From contig CANPVF010000142.1 of assembly GCA_947581645.1 (NCBI GenBank), forward strand, positions 5,724 through 69,723: a DNA stretch of 64,000 nt, written 5' to 3'. The notes beneath the pieces were generated by a model. The model worked only from the letters and a program-made list of their open reading frames with translations, did not search any database and had not been told where the DNA came from. The translations under genes were made by a program, and so were the position numbers. Below, piece after piece: positions 1 to 11,275 of the stretch (positions are counted from its first letter, which is position 1; every line of letters starts with the position of its first letter). Source of the stretch: Candidatus Caribbeanibacter nitroreducens (GTDB taxonomy: Bacteria; Gemmatimonadota; Gemmatimonadetes; Palauibacterales; Palauibacteraceae).

Positions 1-724
1 GGTCGCTGTGCAGCACCTGGTCCTCTCCCTCGAAGCTGCCCATCCGGACGAAGAACCGGTTGTACACCTCGTAGTTCGCGTACAGGAGGCTGTCCGTGTT
101 CAGCCAGGTGAGGTACTCCGCCATCGTGTGGTCCCGCAGGTACTCCGCGTCCGACGGCATGGAGTGGGAACGGAGACTGTCGAGCCAGGCGGGGTTCTGC
201 TTCCGCGCCACGGCGCGGGCCCGGTCGCCGAGCCACAGCCCCCAGGCGTCCGCGCAGGTCACGCCACCGGTTCCCGACCGCTCGGCCATCCGGAAGCCGA
301 GCTGCTGAATCTCGCCGCGGACCCCCTCGGCAGTCGGGTCGTGCTCGCCCGCCCGGTAGGCCCGGTACAGGGAGTCGTAGGCCGGCTGGTCGGGGCGGTC
401 GCACTCGACGAAGATCCGCTCCGGCCCGAAGTCGGCGACGCTGCCGGCGATGGCCGCCAGCTCCCGCTGCCGATCCTCGGAGAGGATGTCACCGATCTCG
501 GAGCTGTGGGTGTCCAGCGCGCTGCCGGCGAAGTGGCTCGTACCGAGGAGGACGATCTTCACGGGCGCCTTCCCGTCGGCTTCACCCGTGCCCCCGGGGT
601 CGGGCGCCGGCTGTGCCGGGGCGGGTCGGGCGAACAGGACCACCGCCAGCGCCAGGGCGGCCAGCGGGGCCAGGCTCCACGTGGAAGGGCTGGAAAACGG
701 GAGCAGGCGTCTCGTCGTATGCAC
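1..724 (-). CDS. DUF5694-like secreted protein (TraB/GumN/Tiki-like), 3' end outside the window
   Basis: I translated the minus strand from the GTG at 724. It is absent from the ORF track because there is no stop in the window. Sequence reads VHTTRRLL, then a signal peptide ending ..ARPAPAQ.., then KIVLLGTSHFAGS..DILSEDRQRELAAI..PERIFVEC..GEIQQLGFRMAER. The frame is open to position 2 and GC3 is high. Confidence 0.55.
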   Translation of the reverse strand, partial: MHTTRRLLPFSSPSTWSLAPLAALALAVVLFARPAPAQPAPDPGGTGEADGKAPVKIVLLGTSHFAGSALDTHSSEIGDILSEDRQRELAAIAGSVADFGPERIFVECDRPDQPAYDSLYRAYRAGEHDPTAEGVRGEIQQLGFRMAERSGTGGVTCADAWGLWLGDRARAVARKQNPAWLDSLRSHSMPSDAEYLRDHTMAEYLTWLNTDSLLYANYEVYNRFFVRMGSFEGEDQVLHSD

Positions 725-915
725 GGGTCCTCTCCTGCTACGGACTCGAATCTCGTGGTCGCAGTCGCAGTGACGCGTCTCCGGGGGTGCCGTACGGGGG
801 GCGTCGGCAGGACGTTTCAGGGCCCCCGGGCCGGAACCGTGGTCCGGGGGAGGGCGGCGGGCGAGGATGGCCGGCTCCGGCCAACTCGGTCGGGGTCGCG
901 CCGGTGGGGCTCACG

Positions 916-938
916 CCCTCCGGGGGACCCCCGGAGGG
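916..938 (-). terminator. GC-rich hairpin just downstream of the ftsH-1 stop, with no U tract
   Basis: Perfect inverted repeat ccctccggggg-a-cccccggaggg, 9 nt after the TAG (947-949 on the minus strand). Confidence 0.3.
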
Positions 939-946
939 AGGTACGC

Positions 947-3133
947 CTACTGAGAGTCCTTCTCCTCGGGGCCCGCCCCGGCCGGGGCGGTGTCGGTCTC
1001 GTCGGTGCCCTCGTCCCCGGCATCGGTCGCGGCGGCCGTGTCGCCGTCGCTGCGGACCTCGTCCTCCGCCTTCGGCCCCTCGCCGTCCTCGGACTCGTCG
1101 GCGGCCGCGGCGACGTCGGCGCCCGTCCCCTCGGCCTCTCCGTCCCCGTCCGTGTCCTCCTCCCCGGACTCCTGCTCGCCCTCGGGTCGGGCCTCCTCGG
1201 GCTCCAGTCCCAGCAGCCGGACGACCTCGTCGCCGGCCAGCTCCTCCTTCTCGATCAGGGTCTCGGCCAGCCGGTCCAGGCCGTCCCGATTCTCCTGCAG
1301 GGTCTCCTTGGCGCGCCGGAAGGCCTCGCGCAGGATGTTCTTCACGGCCTCGTCGACCTCGCGGGCGGTGCCGTCGCTGTACTGCTTGCCCCGGGCCAGC
1401 TCCTCGCCCAGGAAGACGTGCTCGTCGCCGTCGCCCAGGGCGATGTTCTCCAGCCCCTCGGCCATCCCGAAGTCCAGCACCATCTTCCGGGCCATCTTCG
1501 TGGCCTGCTGGAGGTCGTTGGCCGCGCCGCTGGTGGCGGTGTCGAAGATCAGGTCCTCGGCGGCCCGCCCGCCCATCATCACGGCCAGGCGGTCCTCCAT
1601 GTACTCCTTCGGGTAGATGTACTTCTCCCGCTCGGGCAGCTGCTGGGTGACGCCCATGGCCTTGCCGCGCGGGATGATCGTGACCTTGTGGATGGGGTCG
1701 GAGTGGGGGAGCAGGGCCGCCAGGACGGCGTGTCCGGACTCGTGGTAGGCCAGCATCCGGACTTCCTCGTCCTCGATGGAGGGGACCTCACGCTCCAGCC
1801 CCATGAGGACCTTGTCCCGGGCCTCGTCCACGTCCTCGGCCTCGATCTGCTTCTTCTCCTTCCGGGCGGCCAGGAGAGCGGCCTCGTTCAGGAGGTTCCG
1901 CAGGTCGGCTCCGCTGAAGCCCGGGGTACCGCGGGCCACCTCCTCCAGGTCCACGTCATCGGCCAGCGGCTTCTCCGAGGCATGGATCTCCAGGATCTTC
2001 TCCCGGTTCTTCATCGTCGGCAGGGCCACGGTGATCTGCCGGTCGAAGCGGCCCGGTCGGAGGAGGGCCGGGTCCAGGATGTCGGGCCGGTTCGTGGCGG
2101 CCATGACGATGACGCTCTCGTTCGGCTCGAAGCCGTCCATCTCCGAGAGCAGCTGGTTCAGCGTCTGCTCCCGCTCGTCGTGGCCGCCGCCGAGGCCGGC
2201 GCCCCGCTGCCGGCCGATGGAGTCCAGCTCGTCGATGAAGACGATGGCCGGCGAGCTCTTCTTCGCCTCCTCGAAGAGGTCCCGGACCCGGGAGGCGCCG
2301 ACCCCCACGAGCATCTCCATGAAGTCGGAGCCCGTCACGCTGTAGAAGGGCACCTCGGCCTCACCGGCCACGGCTCGGGCCAGGAGGGTCTTCCCGGTGC
2401 CGGGCGGGCCCACCATGAGGACCCCCCGCGGGATCTCGCCCCCGAGCTTCTCGAAGCGGTCCGGGTCCTTGAGGAACTTCACGACCTCCTGCAGCTCCGT
2501 CTTGGCGCCCTTCGCGCCCGCCACGTCGTCGAAGGTCGTCCGCTCCTCCTCGCGGTCGTAGAGCCGTGCCTGGCTCTTCCCCATGGAGAAGATGTTCTGC
2601 CCCTGTCCACGCATGCGGCTGATGAACAGGTAGCCCAGCCAGATGAGGAGGAGGAAGGGCAGCAGGTTGAGCGCGATCTCCCACCACGAGAAGTCGGAGG
2701 GCGGCTCGGTGTTCACCACCACGCCCTGGGACCGCAGCTCGTCCAGCAGCTGCTCGTCGCCGAAGGAGGGGAGATAGGTGACGAACTGGGTGACGTCCCG
2801 CGTCTGGCCCTCCGCGGTGGTCTTCTGGATCTGGTTGTTCAGCTCGCCGCGGATCTCCTGTCCGCTGACGGTGATCTGCGCCACGTTCCCGGAGGTCACC
2901 TGCTCCCGGAAGGTGGTGTAGCTGATCCGTGTGCCCTCGTCCTGTCCCCCGAGGGGGCTCCAGAACCAGGAGGCCAGCGCCAGCGCGATGAGCAGCCATA
3001 TGAGGAGGCTGCGGCGCTTCGCGGATCCGGACGGGCCGCCGGGCAGTTCGGGCCCCGAGTCGGAGTCCTCGTCTCGGGGCTCCTGTGGCCGGTTCGAGCT
3101 GGAACGGTGCTGCAAACCCAGGTCAGGCTCCAT
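947..3133 (-). CDS. ftsH: ATP-dependent zinc metalloprotease FtsH (paralog 1), with a long acidic C-terminal tail
   Basis: 728 aa. Motifs: Walker [50 protein letters not shown], and Zn site HESGHA. The C-terminal tail of about 110 aa is D/E/G/T-rich. Confidence 0.97.
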   Translation of the reverse strand: MEPDLGLQHRSSSNRPQEPRDEDSDSGPELPGGPSGSAKRRSLLIWLLIALALASWFWSPLGGQDEGTRISYTTFREQVTSGNVAQITVSGQEIRGELNNQIQKTTAEGQTRDVTQFVTYLPSFGDEQLLDELRSQGVVVNTEPPSDFSWWEIALNLLPFLLLIWLGYLFISRMRGQGQNIFSMGKSQARLYDREEERTTFDDVAGAKGAKTELQEVVKFLKDPDRFEKLGGEIPRGVLMVGPPGTGKTLLARAVAGEAEVPFYSVTGSDFMEMLVGVGASRVRDLFEEAKKSSPAIVFIDELDSIGRQRGAGLGGGHDEREQTLNQLLSEMDGFEPNESVIVMAATNRPDILDPALLRPGRFDRQITVALPTMKNREKILEIHASEKPLADDVDLEEVARGTPGFSGADLRNLLNEAALLAARKEKKQIEAEDVDEARDKVLMGLEREVPSIEDEEVRMLAYHESGHAVLAALLPHSDPIHKVTIIPRGKAMGVTQQLPEREKYIYPKEYMEDRLAVMMGGRAAEDLIFDTATSGAANDLQQATKMARKMVLDFGMAEGLENIALGDGDEHVFLGEELARGKQYSDGTAREVDEAVKNILREAFRRAKETLQENRDGLDRLAETLIEKEELAGDEVVRLLGLEPEEARPEGEQESGEEDTDGDGEAEGTGADVAAAADESEDGEGPKAEDEVRSDGDTAAATDAGDEGTDETDTAPAGAGPEEKDSQ

Positions 3134-3377
3134 TCGAAGTTCGGAGGACAGCCGAGATCGGCCCGATGAGGCCCTGCGTCCCGTTCGGACGCTTCAGCGA
3201 CCCGATACTCTTTGCAAGTCTGGGGCGAGGTGGACGTGTGGCCACCCGAAACCGCCGGGCGGCCCGTCTCGAGTCTCCAGTCTCCCGCACGTCGGTCGTG
3301 CGGGGGAGACGGGCGCGGGGCCGTCCATTCCCCTACCTCGCCGGGGACGCTCCGTTCCGAGCTCCCGGGGGGTCACG

Positions 3378-3406
3378 TTGACGACCGCGCCGGGGGTGGG
3401 TAGTCT
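3378..3406 (+). promoter_or_regulatory. Candidate sigma-70-type promoter for prs
   Basis: TTGACG-N17-TAGTCT, about 125 nt upstream of the prs ATG. The same TTGACN-N17-TANNNT architecture recurs at 20035, 45434 and 56385. Confidence 0.4.
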
Positions 3407-3532
3407 ACCCGCTCCCGAATCCGGACCGGGCGTCTGTGCGCCCGTCGATCCGCACGCCGGGTCGGCACGATCACTCCAGGGCCGGCCCGCTCGCCCCATC
3501 CGCTGGACCGCCAACCCCTCAGAGAGGACAGA

Positions 3533-4507
3533 ATGCCGGAGCTCTCGGCCACGGCCAGTCCGCTCATGCTGCTCTCCGGAACCGCGAACCGGGAGCTCTC
3601 GGAGCGGATCTCGGACGAGCTGGACACGCCGCTGTGCGACGTCACGATCCGCCGCTTCGCGGACGACGAGATCTTCGTGAAGATCAACGAGAACGTCCGC
3701 GGCCGGGACGTCTTCATCATACAGCCGACCCACTCGCCGGCCTCCAACATCGTGGAGTTCCAGCTCCTGCTGGACGCCGCCAAGCGGGCCTCGGCGGCCC
3801 GGGTGACCGCCGTGGTGCCCTACTACGGCTACTCCCGGCAGGACCGGAAGGACCAGCCCCGGGTCTCCATCGCCGCCAAGCTGATGGGGAACCTGATGGT
3901 GGCGGCCGGCGCCGACCGCCTGCTCTCCATCGACTTCCACGCCCATCAGCTCCAGGGCTTCTTCGACATCCCCGTGGATCACCTGTACGCAGCCCCGGTG
4001 CTGCTGAAGCACTTCCGGAACCGGGACATGGGGAACCTGGTGGTCGTGGCCACCGACGTGGGGGCGGCCAAGATGGCCCGGGGCTACGCGAAGAGGCTCG
4101 ACGCCGACTTCGCCATCATCGACAAGCGGCGCCCCGAGCCCAACGTGGCCGAGGTGGTCAACGTGGTGGGCGACGTCGACGGCAAGCGGTGTCTGATCAC
4201 CGACGACATGATCGACACGGGGGGGACGATGACGTCGGCGGTACAGGCCCTGCGTGAACGTGGGGCCGAGGAGGTCTACTGCGTCGCCACCCATCCGGTC
4301 CTGTCGGGACCGGCGGTGGAGCGCCTCCGGGACTGTGACGCCGAGGAGATCATCCTCACGGACACGATACCGATCCCGGAGGAGAAGAAGGAACAACTGG
4401 AGAATCTGCGGGTGCAGTCGGTGGCCAGCCTCCTGGCCAAGGCCATCCGCAACATCCACTACAACGAGTCCGTGAGCTCCCTCTTCCACGACTACGAGGA
4501 GAGCTGA
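3533..4507 (+). CDS. prs: Ribose-phosphate pyrophosphokinase
   Basis: 324 aa. Contains LLSGTANRELSERI..RFADDEIFVKI..VFIIQPT and the PRPP loop CLITDDMIDTGGT. The prs-ctc-pth synteny is conserved. Confidence 0.96.
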   Translation: MPELSATASPLMLLSGTANRELSERISDELDTPLCDVTIRRFADDEIFVKINENVRGRDVFIIQPTHSPASNIVEFQLLLDAAKRASAARVTAVVPYYGYSRQDRKDQPRVSIAAKLMGNLMVAAGADRLLSIDFHAHQLQGFFDIPVDHLYAAPVLLKHFRNRDMGNLVVVATDVGAAKMARGYAKRLDADFAIIDKRRPEPNVAEVVNVVGDVDGKRCLITDDMIDTGGTMTSAVQALRERGAEEVYCVATHPVLSGPAVERLRDCDAEEIILTDTIPIPEEKKEQLENLRVQSVASLLAKAIRNIHYNESVSSLFHDYEES

Positions 4508-4613
4508 GCTCCGACGAGACGGACCGGTGCGCGCCCCCCTCCGGGGCGCGGCACGGTGGAGCCGGCGGGGACGCTCACTCTTCTCTATCCACGAACGCAA
4601 CACGTGCAGGACG

Positions 4614-5345
4614 ATGGTTGAACAGAAGAAGCTACAGGCCCACAAGCGCTCCGAGACCGGCAAGGGTCCCGCCGGCCGCATGCGGGACGAGGGATGGATC
4701 CCGGCCGTGGTCTACGGGAGGGAGCACGACTCCGAGCCCCTGCGGGTGCAGGAGCGTGCCCTGGACTCCCTGCTGGAGGAGATCAGCGTCGACAACACGC
4801 TGATCAACCTGGACGTGGAGGGCGAGGACGAGTCCTTCCGCGTCCTCATCCGGGAGGTCCAGCGCCACCCGTGGCGGCGCAACGTCCAGCACGTCGACTT
4901 CTTCCGCATCAAGGAGGACGAGGCCATCCGGGTGGAGGTCCCGGTGCGGCTGGTGGGCACGCCGGAGGGCGTCCGCGAGGAGGACGGCATCCTGCAGCAG
5001 GCCCGCCACGAGATCGAGGTGGAGTGCCTGCCCAACGAGATCCCCGAGTACTTCGAGGCCGACGTCACGGAGCTCGAGATCGGCGAGTCGCTGCACGTGG
5101 GCGACCTGAACACCGGCAGCGTCAAGCCGCTGGACGACCTCGACCTGACGATCTGCACGGTGGTGCCGCCCTCCATCGTCGAGGTCGAGGAGCCCGGCGT
5201 CGAGGAGGAAGAGGCCGAGCTCGAGGAGATGGAGCCCGAGGTCATCGGCGAGGCCGAGGAGGAAGAGGCCGAGCTGGAAGAAGGCGAAGCGCCGGCCGAG
5301 GGCGAAGGCGAGGGGACCGAGGTGCGCCCGGAGGAAGAGCTCTGA
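4614..5345 (+). CDS. rplY: 50S ribosomal protein L25 / general stress protein Ctc, with an acidic C-terminal tail
   Basis: The track ORF is 4527..5345. The conserved N-terminus MVEQKKLQAHKRSETGKGPAGRMRDEGWIPAVVYG begins at the internal ATG at 4614. The tail EEPGVEEEEAELEE... is D/E-rich. Confidence 0.9.
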   Translation: MVEQKKLQAHKRSETGKGPAGRMRDEGWIPAVVYGREHDSEPLRVQERALDSLLEEISVDNTLINLDVEGEDESFRVLIREVQRHPWRRNVQHVDFFRIKEDEAIRVEVPVRLVGTPEGVREEDGILQQARHEIEVECLPNEIPEYFEADVTELEIGESLHVGDLNTGSVKPLDDLDLTICTVVPPSIVEVEEPGVEEEEAELEEMEPEVIGEAEEEEAELEEGEAPAEGEGEGTEVRPEEEL

Positions 5346-5397
5346 CGGGCGTCGCCGGACCCCGGTCCGCTGACCGCGCCTCCCCGTCCCCGGCGGC

Positions 5398-5967
5398 TTG
5401 AAGCTCCTCGTCGCCCTCGGTAACCCCGGCGACGAGTACCGGGACACGCGACACAACGTGGGATGGTGGCTGGCGGATCGGCTGGTCACCGTCTGGGCCC
5501 TGCCGCCCTTCCGGCCCGACGACGGCGCGGCGGCGAGCCGCGGCGAGGTCCGGGGCAGGGCGGTGCGCCTCCTGAAGCCCCTCACCTACGTGAACCGGAG
5601 CGGGGACGTCTTCCGCGACCGGGGCCTGCCCCGGGAATTCGAGCCGGAGCACGACCTCCTGGTCCTGGTGGACGACGTGGACCTGGAGCCCGGACGGATG
5701 CGCGTGCGGGCACGGGGTTCCGCCGGCGGCCACCGCGGCCTCCGGTCCGTGGAGGCCGCCCTGGAGACGCAGGAGTACGGGCGGCTACGGATCGGCGTGG
5801 GCCGGCCGGGGGACGTCGGTGTGGACGTGGACCTGGCCAGCTGGGTGCTGGCTCCCCCCTCGGACGCCGAGGAAGAGCGCATCCTGGCCACCTTCGACCG
5901 CGCCGTCGATGCGGTGGAGTGCTGGCTGGACGAGGGAGTCGAAGAGGCGATGAACCGGTTCAACTGA
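5398..5967 (+). CDS. pth: Peptidyl-tRNA hydrolase
   Basis: 189 aa with a TTG start. Starts MKLLVALGNPGDEYRDTRHNVGWW, and contains HRGLRS. Confidence 0.93.
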   Translation: MKLLVALGNPGDEYRDTRHNVGWWLADRLVTVWALPPFRPDDGAAASRGEVRGRAVRLLKPLTYVNRSGDVFRDRGLPREFEPEHDLLVLVDDVDLEPGRMRVRARGSAGGHRGLRSVEAALETQEYGRLRIGVGRPGDVGVDVDLASWVLAPPSDAEEERILATFDRAVDAVECWLDEGVEEAMNRFN

Positions 5968-6100
5968 GGCCGGTCTCGACGAGCATGGATCGGGCGGACC
6001 GCCGGTGCTCCCGGCGTGCCGCCGCAACGGAGCGGGCTGCCCCGGCAGCCCGGACGATCGGACGCAACAGCGCTACGAGAGATAAAGGGAGAACGGGCGA

Positions 6101-8227
<2,127 letters not shown>

Positions 8228-8244
8228 CGGACTACCTTTTCGCC

Positions 8245-8277
8245 GGAGCCCGCCGCCGGTGACCGGGGGCGGGCTCC
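8245..8277 (+). terminator. GC-rich hairpin after hppA, with no U tract
   Basis: ggagcccgcc / ggcgggctcc form a 10-bp stem 18 nt after the hppA stop. Confidence 0.3.
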
Positions 8278-8340
8278 ATCACAGAGACTCCTGCCCCGGC
8301 CGTCGCGCCGGGGCCGCACGAGACCGGAGGAGCGCAGAGA

Positions 8341-8937
8341 ATGAGAGACTACGAAGTCGTCTACATCTTCAATTCCGAGCTCGAGGACGAGGACGTCGAG
8401 TCCAGACTCGACTCCTACCACGAGCGGCTCACCGACGACGGATCCGGTGAGGTCACGGCCGTCGAGGACTGGGGCAAGCGCCAGCTGGCCTACCCCATCG
8501 AGGACCAGGAGAACGGCCGCTACGTCGTCGCGCAGTTCAGCATCGAGCCCGAGGCGCTGGACGAGTTCGAGCGGGTGCTGAAGCTGGACGGCGACCTCCT
8601 GCGCCACCTCGTGGTACTCCACGAGGGGGAGCTCCCCACCCCGCCCTCCGCCCGCCGGCCCGGTGCCGGTCCCGACGAGGGGGACGAAGAGGAAGAGGCC
8701 GAGGAGGCCGAAGAGGAGACCGCGGGCGAGGCCGAAGAGCCCGAGGAGGAAGAAGACGAGGAGGGCGAGGAGCCCGAGGACGAGTCCGAGTCGGACGAAC
8801 CCGGGGCCGACGAGGAGGACGAGGAAGAGGCCGACGGGGACGAAGAAGACGAAGAGGAAGACGAGGAGGCCGGGGAAGAGGACGAGGACGACGAGGACGA
8901 AGAAGAGGGAAGCGACGACGACGAGGAGAAGGAGTAG
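8341..8937 (+). CDS. rpsF: 30S ribosomal protein S6 with an encoded poly-acidic tail of about 90 aa
   Basis: 198 aa. The S6 core runs MRDYEVVYIF..WGKRQLAYPI..LRHLVV. From about aa 110 onward the sequence is almost only D/E/G/A. Confidence 0.93.
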   Translation: MRDYEVVYIFNSELEDEDVESRLDSYHERLTDDGSGEVTAVEDWGKRQLAYPIEDQENGRYVVAQFSIEPEALDEFERVLKLDGDLLRHLVVLHEGELPTPPSARRPGAGPDEGDEEEEAEEAEEETAGEAEEPEEEEDEEGEEPEDESESDEPGADEEDEEEADGDEEDEEEDEEAGEEDEDDEDEEEGSDDDEEKE

Positions 8938-8943
8938 AGCACC

Positions 8944-9165
8944 ATGGCGCGCTTCGAGAAGACCTGCCGTCTCTGCGACGACGGTGTCAGTCAGCTGGAC
9001 TACAAGGACGTGGACATGCTGGAGCGGTTCATCTCCGACCGGGGGAAGATCCTTCCCCGGCGGGCCACGGGCTGCTGCTCGCGGCACCAGCGCCAGCTGT
9101 CCCAGTGCGTGAAGCGGGCCCGGTACCTGGCCCTGGTTCCGTACATCAAGGGGTACCAGGGGTAG
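8944..9165 (+). CDS. rpsR: 30S ribosomal protein S18
   Basis: 73 aa. Contains DYKDVDMLERFISDRGKILPRRATGCCSRHQRQLSQCVKRARYLALVPY. Confidence 0.95.
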   Translation: MARFEKTCRLCDDGVSQLDYKDVDMLERFISDRGKILPRRATGCCSRHQRQLSQCVKRARYLALVPYIKGYQG

Positions 9166-9229
9166 GGACGATCCGCTCTCGCGCCCGTCCCGCCGTCCGC
9201 CGTGCGGACGCCACGGGGAGAGGTGAGGC

Positions 9230-10177
9230 GTGAGCGCCAGGGCGTGGGCGCTCCTGCGGGCCATGGCGCTGGCGATGTGCGTCGTGCTCGTCTCGCCGAT
9301 CAACCCGCTGGTGCTGGTGACGCTGCCGGTGGCGATCCTGCTGCTGGCCTTTCGGCCCTACGACGTCCGCGCGCTGCTCTTCGCCGGGCTCCTCATCGTG
9401 CTCGTCTTCAGCGACGTGAGGGGGAGCCACGAGGCGCTCTGGTACGCCGAGAGGGGCTGGGCGCTGATGGCCGCCGGCGGGTTCATCCTGGCCACGGCGC
9501 TGGTGGAGCGGAAGAGCCTGCTGCTGCGGGGCCTGGGAGGACTGGCAGCCGGCGCCGCCGGACTGGGCCTCACGGCGTGGCTGAATCCGGCGCTGCTGGG
9601 GGAGCTCGACTGGCGCATGACGCAGCGCTTCCACGAGGCGGCGCTGACGGCGCAGGAGCTGGTGAGCTCGGTGGAGGGGGGAGAGCAGCTGGGGGCCGGC
9701 CTCCGGGGCGCGCTCTACCAGTGGGCCGGAACGCAGGAGATCATCTATCCGGCCCTCCTGGCCCTGGCCACGGTCGGAGCGCTGGCCGTGGGGTGGTACG
9801 TGGTGGCCCGCTTCGCCGGCGTCGTCACGGCCCTTCCGCCGCTCAGGAACTTCCGGTTCGACGACGGGCTGGTCTGGGTGCTGCTCCTCTCCCTGGCCCT
9901 GGTGGTGCTGCCCGTGGGCGGACGGCTGCTGGAGCGCGTGGGCGAGAACGCGGCGCTCTTCCTGGGCGCCCTGTATCTGCTCCGCGGGGCCGGCGTCCTC
10001 ATGTGGTTCGCCGCCGCCACGCTGGGAACCGGGTGGATGGCGTGGCTGTGGGGGCTTGTGGCGCTGCTCCTGTATCCCCTGGCCGCCGGCGTGGCGCTGA
10101 TCCTCGGGGTCGGTGACAGCTGGTTCGACCTGCGCGGCTGGCTGCGCCGGGCGCGGGAGCAGGGGACGCAGGGATGA
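9230..10177 (+). CDS. Polytopic membrane protein, DUF2232 (YybS-like)
   Basis: 315 aa with multiple TM segments. Its position between rpsR and rplI matches Firmicute yybS. The family call is from by-eye pattern matching only. Confidence 0.6.
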   Translation: MSARAWALLRAMALAMCVVLVSPINPLVLVTLPVAILLLAFRPYDVRALLFAGLLIVLVFSDVRGSHEALWYAERGWALMAAGGFILATALVERKSLLLRGLGGLAAGAAGLGLTAWLNPALLGELDWRMTQRFHEAALTAQELVSSVEGGEQLGAGLRGALYQWAGTQEIIYPALLALATVGALAVGWYVVARFAGVVTALPPLRNFRFDDGLVWVLLLSLALVVLPVGGRLLERVGENAALFLGALYLLRGAGVLMWFAAATLGTGWMAWLWGLVALLLYPLAAGVALILGVGDSWFDLRGWLRRAREQGTQG

Positions 10178-10234
10178 GTCGGTGTTCGAGCTGGACCGAT
10201 GGGCTGGACGAATCGTGAACGAGGTGCTACGACC

Positions 10235-10684
10235 ATGACGAAGATCATCCTGCAGGAAGACGTCGAGGACCTGGGCGAGGCCGGAGACGTCGTCGACGTC
10301 AAGCCGGGATACGCCCGGAACTACCTGTTTCCCCAGGGGTTCGCCGTGCAGGCGACCGAGGGGAACCTGAAGCAGATGCGCGAGGAGGAGCGCCGGAAGC
10401 AGGAAGCGGCGGACCGGGTTCGCCAGCGGGCCGAGGACCTGGCCGGGGACCTGGCCGGGCACACCATCACGTTCAACGTCCGGGCGGCCGAGGAAGGCAA
10501 GCTCTTCGGCTCCGTGACGGCCGCCGACATCGCCGAGCGGCTGCAGGAGGACGGGCTGAACGTCGAGAAGGACCTGGTCGACCTGGAGGAACCGATCAAG
10601 GAGCTGGGCGTGTACAACATCCCGCTCGAACTCCACTCCGACGTCCGGCCCGAGGTCAAGGTCTGGGTCGTCGCCGAGGAGTGA
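10235..10684 (+). CDS. rplI: 50S ribosomal protein L9
   Basis: The track ORF starts at 10199. The conserved N-terminus MTKIILQEDVEDLGEAGDVVDVKPGYARNYLFPQGFAV begins at the ATG at 10235. Confidence 0.93.
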   Translation: MTKIILQEDVEDLGEAGDVVDVKPGYARNYLFPQGFAVQATEGNLKQMREEERRKQEAADRVRQRAEDLAGDLAGHTITFNVRAAEEGKLFGSVTAADIAERLQEDGLNVEKDLVDLEEPIKELGVYNIPLELHSDVRPEVKVWVVAEE

Positions 10685-10768
10685 CTCCGTCCACGAGGAC
10701 CCGGGGGAGCGACCTGACCCCAGACGCCTCCGCGAGAGCGACCGACGGCCCTGCCGTGGAGCCGGTCC

Positions 10769-11191
10769 GTGGCTGACGCCGGGGCGCAGGAGGGGCAGTC
10801 CAGCGCGCCGGCGACCGACGTCGGCCTGGAGGAGTTCCTCGCCCGCGACGACACGCCGGAGGAGCTGGGCGTGCTGGTGGAGGCGGCCCTGGAGCGGAAC
10901 GCCCGCGACGGCCTCATCCTCGATCTCCGGGGGCTCTCCGACGCCACCGATTTCTTCGTCCTCCTCTCCGGTGATTCGGACGTGCACGCCCGTGCCATCG
11001 CCCGGAACATCCAGGAGAAGATGGAGGAAGCCGGCCACGAGGATGCCGGCGTCGAGGGCGAGGGACAGGGGAGATGGGTCCTCCTCGATTACTTCGACCT
11101 CGTCGTTCACGTCTTCCTCCCGCGTGTCCGGGACTACTATCAGCTCGAGCGCCTCTGGGGCGACGCCCCGCGGGTGGAGTTCGGAGAGTAG
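10769..11191 (+). CDS. rsfS: Ribosome silencing factor RsfS (iojap family)
   Basis: 140 aa. Contains DFFVLLSGDSDVHARAIARNI..WVLLDYFDLVVHVFLPRVRDYYQLERLWGDAP. Confidence 0.88.
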   Translation: MADAGAQEGQSSAPATDVGLEEFLARDDTPEELGVLVEAALERNARDGLILDLRGLSDATDFFVLLSGDSDVHARAIARNIQEKMEEAGHEDAGVEGEGQGRWVLLDYFDLVVHVFLPRVRDYYQLERLWGDAPRVEFGE

Positions 11192-11275
11192 CCGCGGCCG
11201 GGCGCCCGGAGTCGCTCCGGACCGTGCCGGTCCGCCCGGACCGCCGAGCCGACCAGCCTCCACGTGCCGGTGCCC

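Noticed and set aside
8-3169. A 1053-aa ORF on the plus strand spanning the first 3 kb.
   Set aside because: It runs antisense to the clearly real DUF5694-like gene and ftsH. The product is low-complexity (rich in R/G/P/L/V/H) with no motifs. This is the classic shadow ORF caused by stop-codon depletion in high-GC DNA.
3281-3312. An imperfect inverted repeat tctcccgcacg..cgtgcgggggaga in the ftsH-1/prs divergent region.
   Set aside because: No gene ends nearby, so it is not a terminator. It is imperfect, and I see no second copy elsewhere in the window. It is noted but not interpretable.
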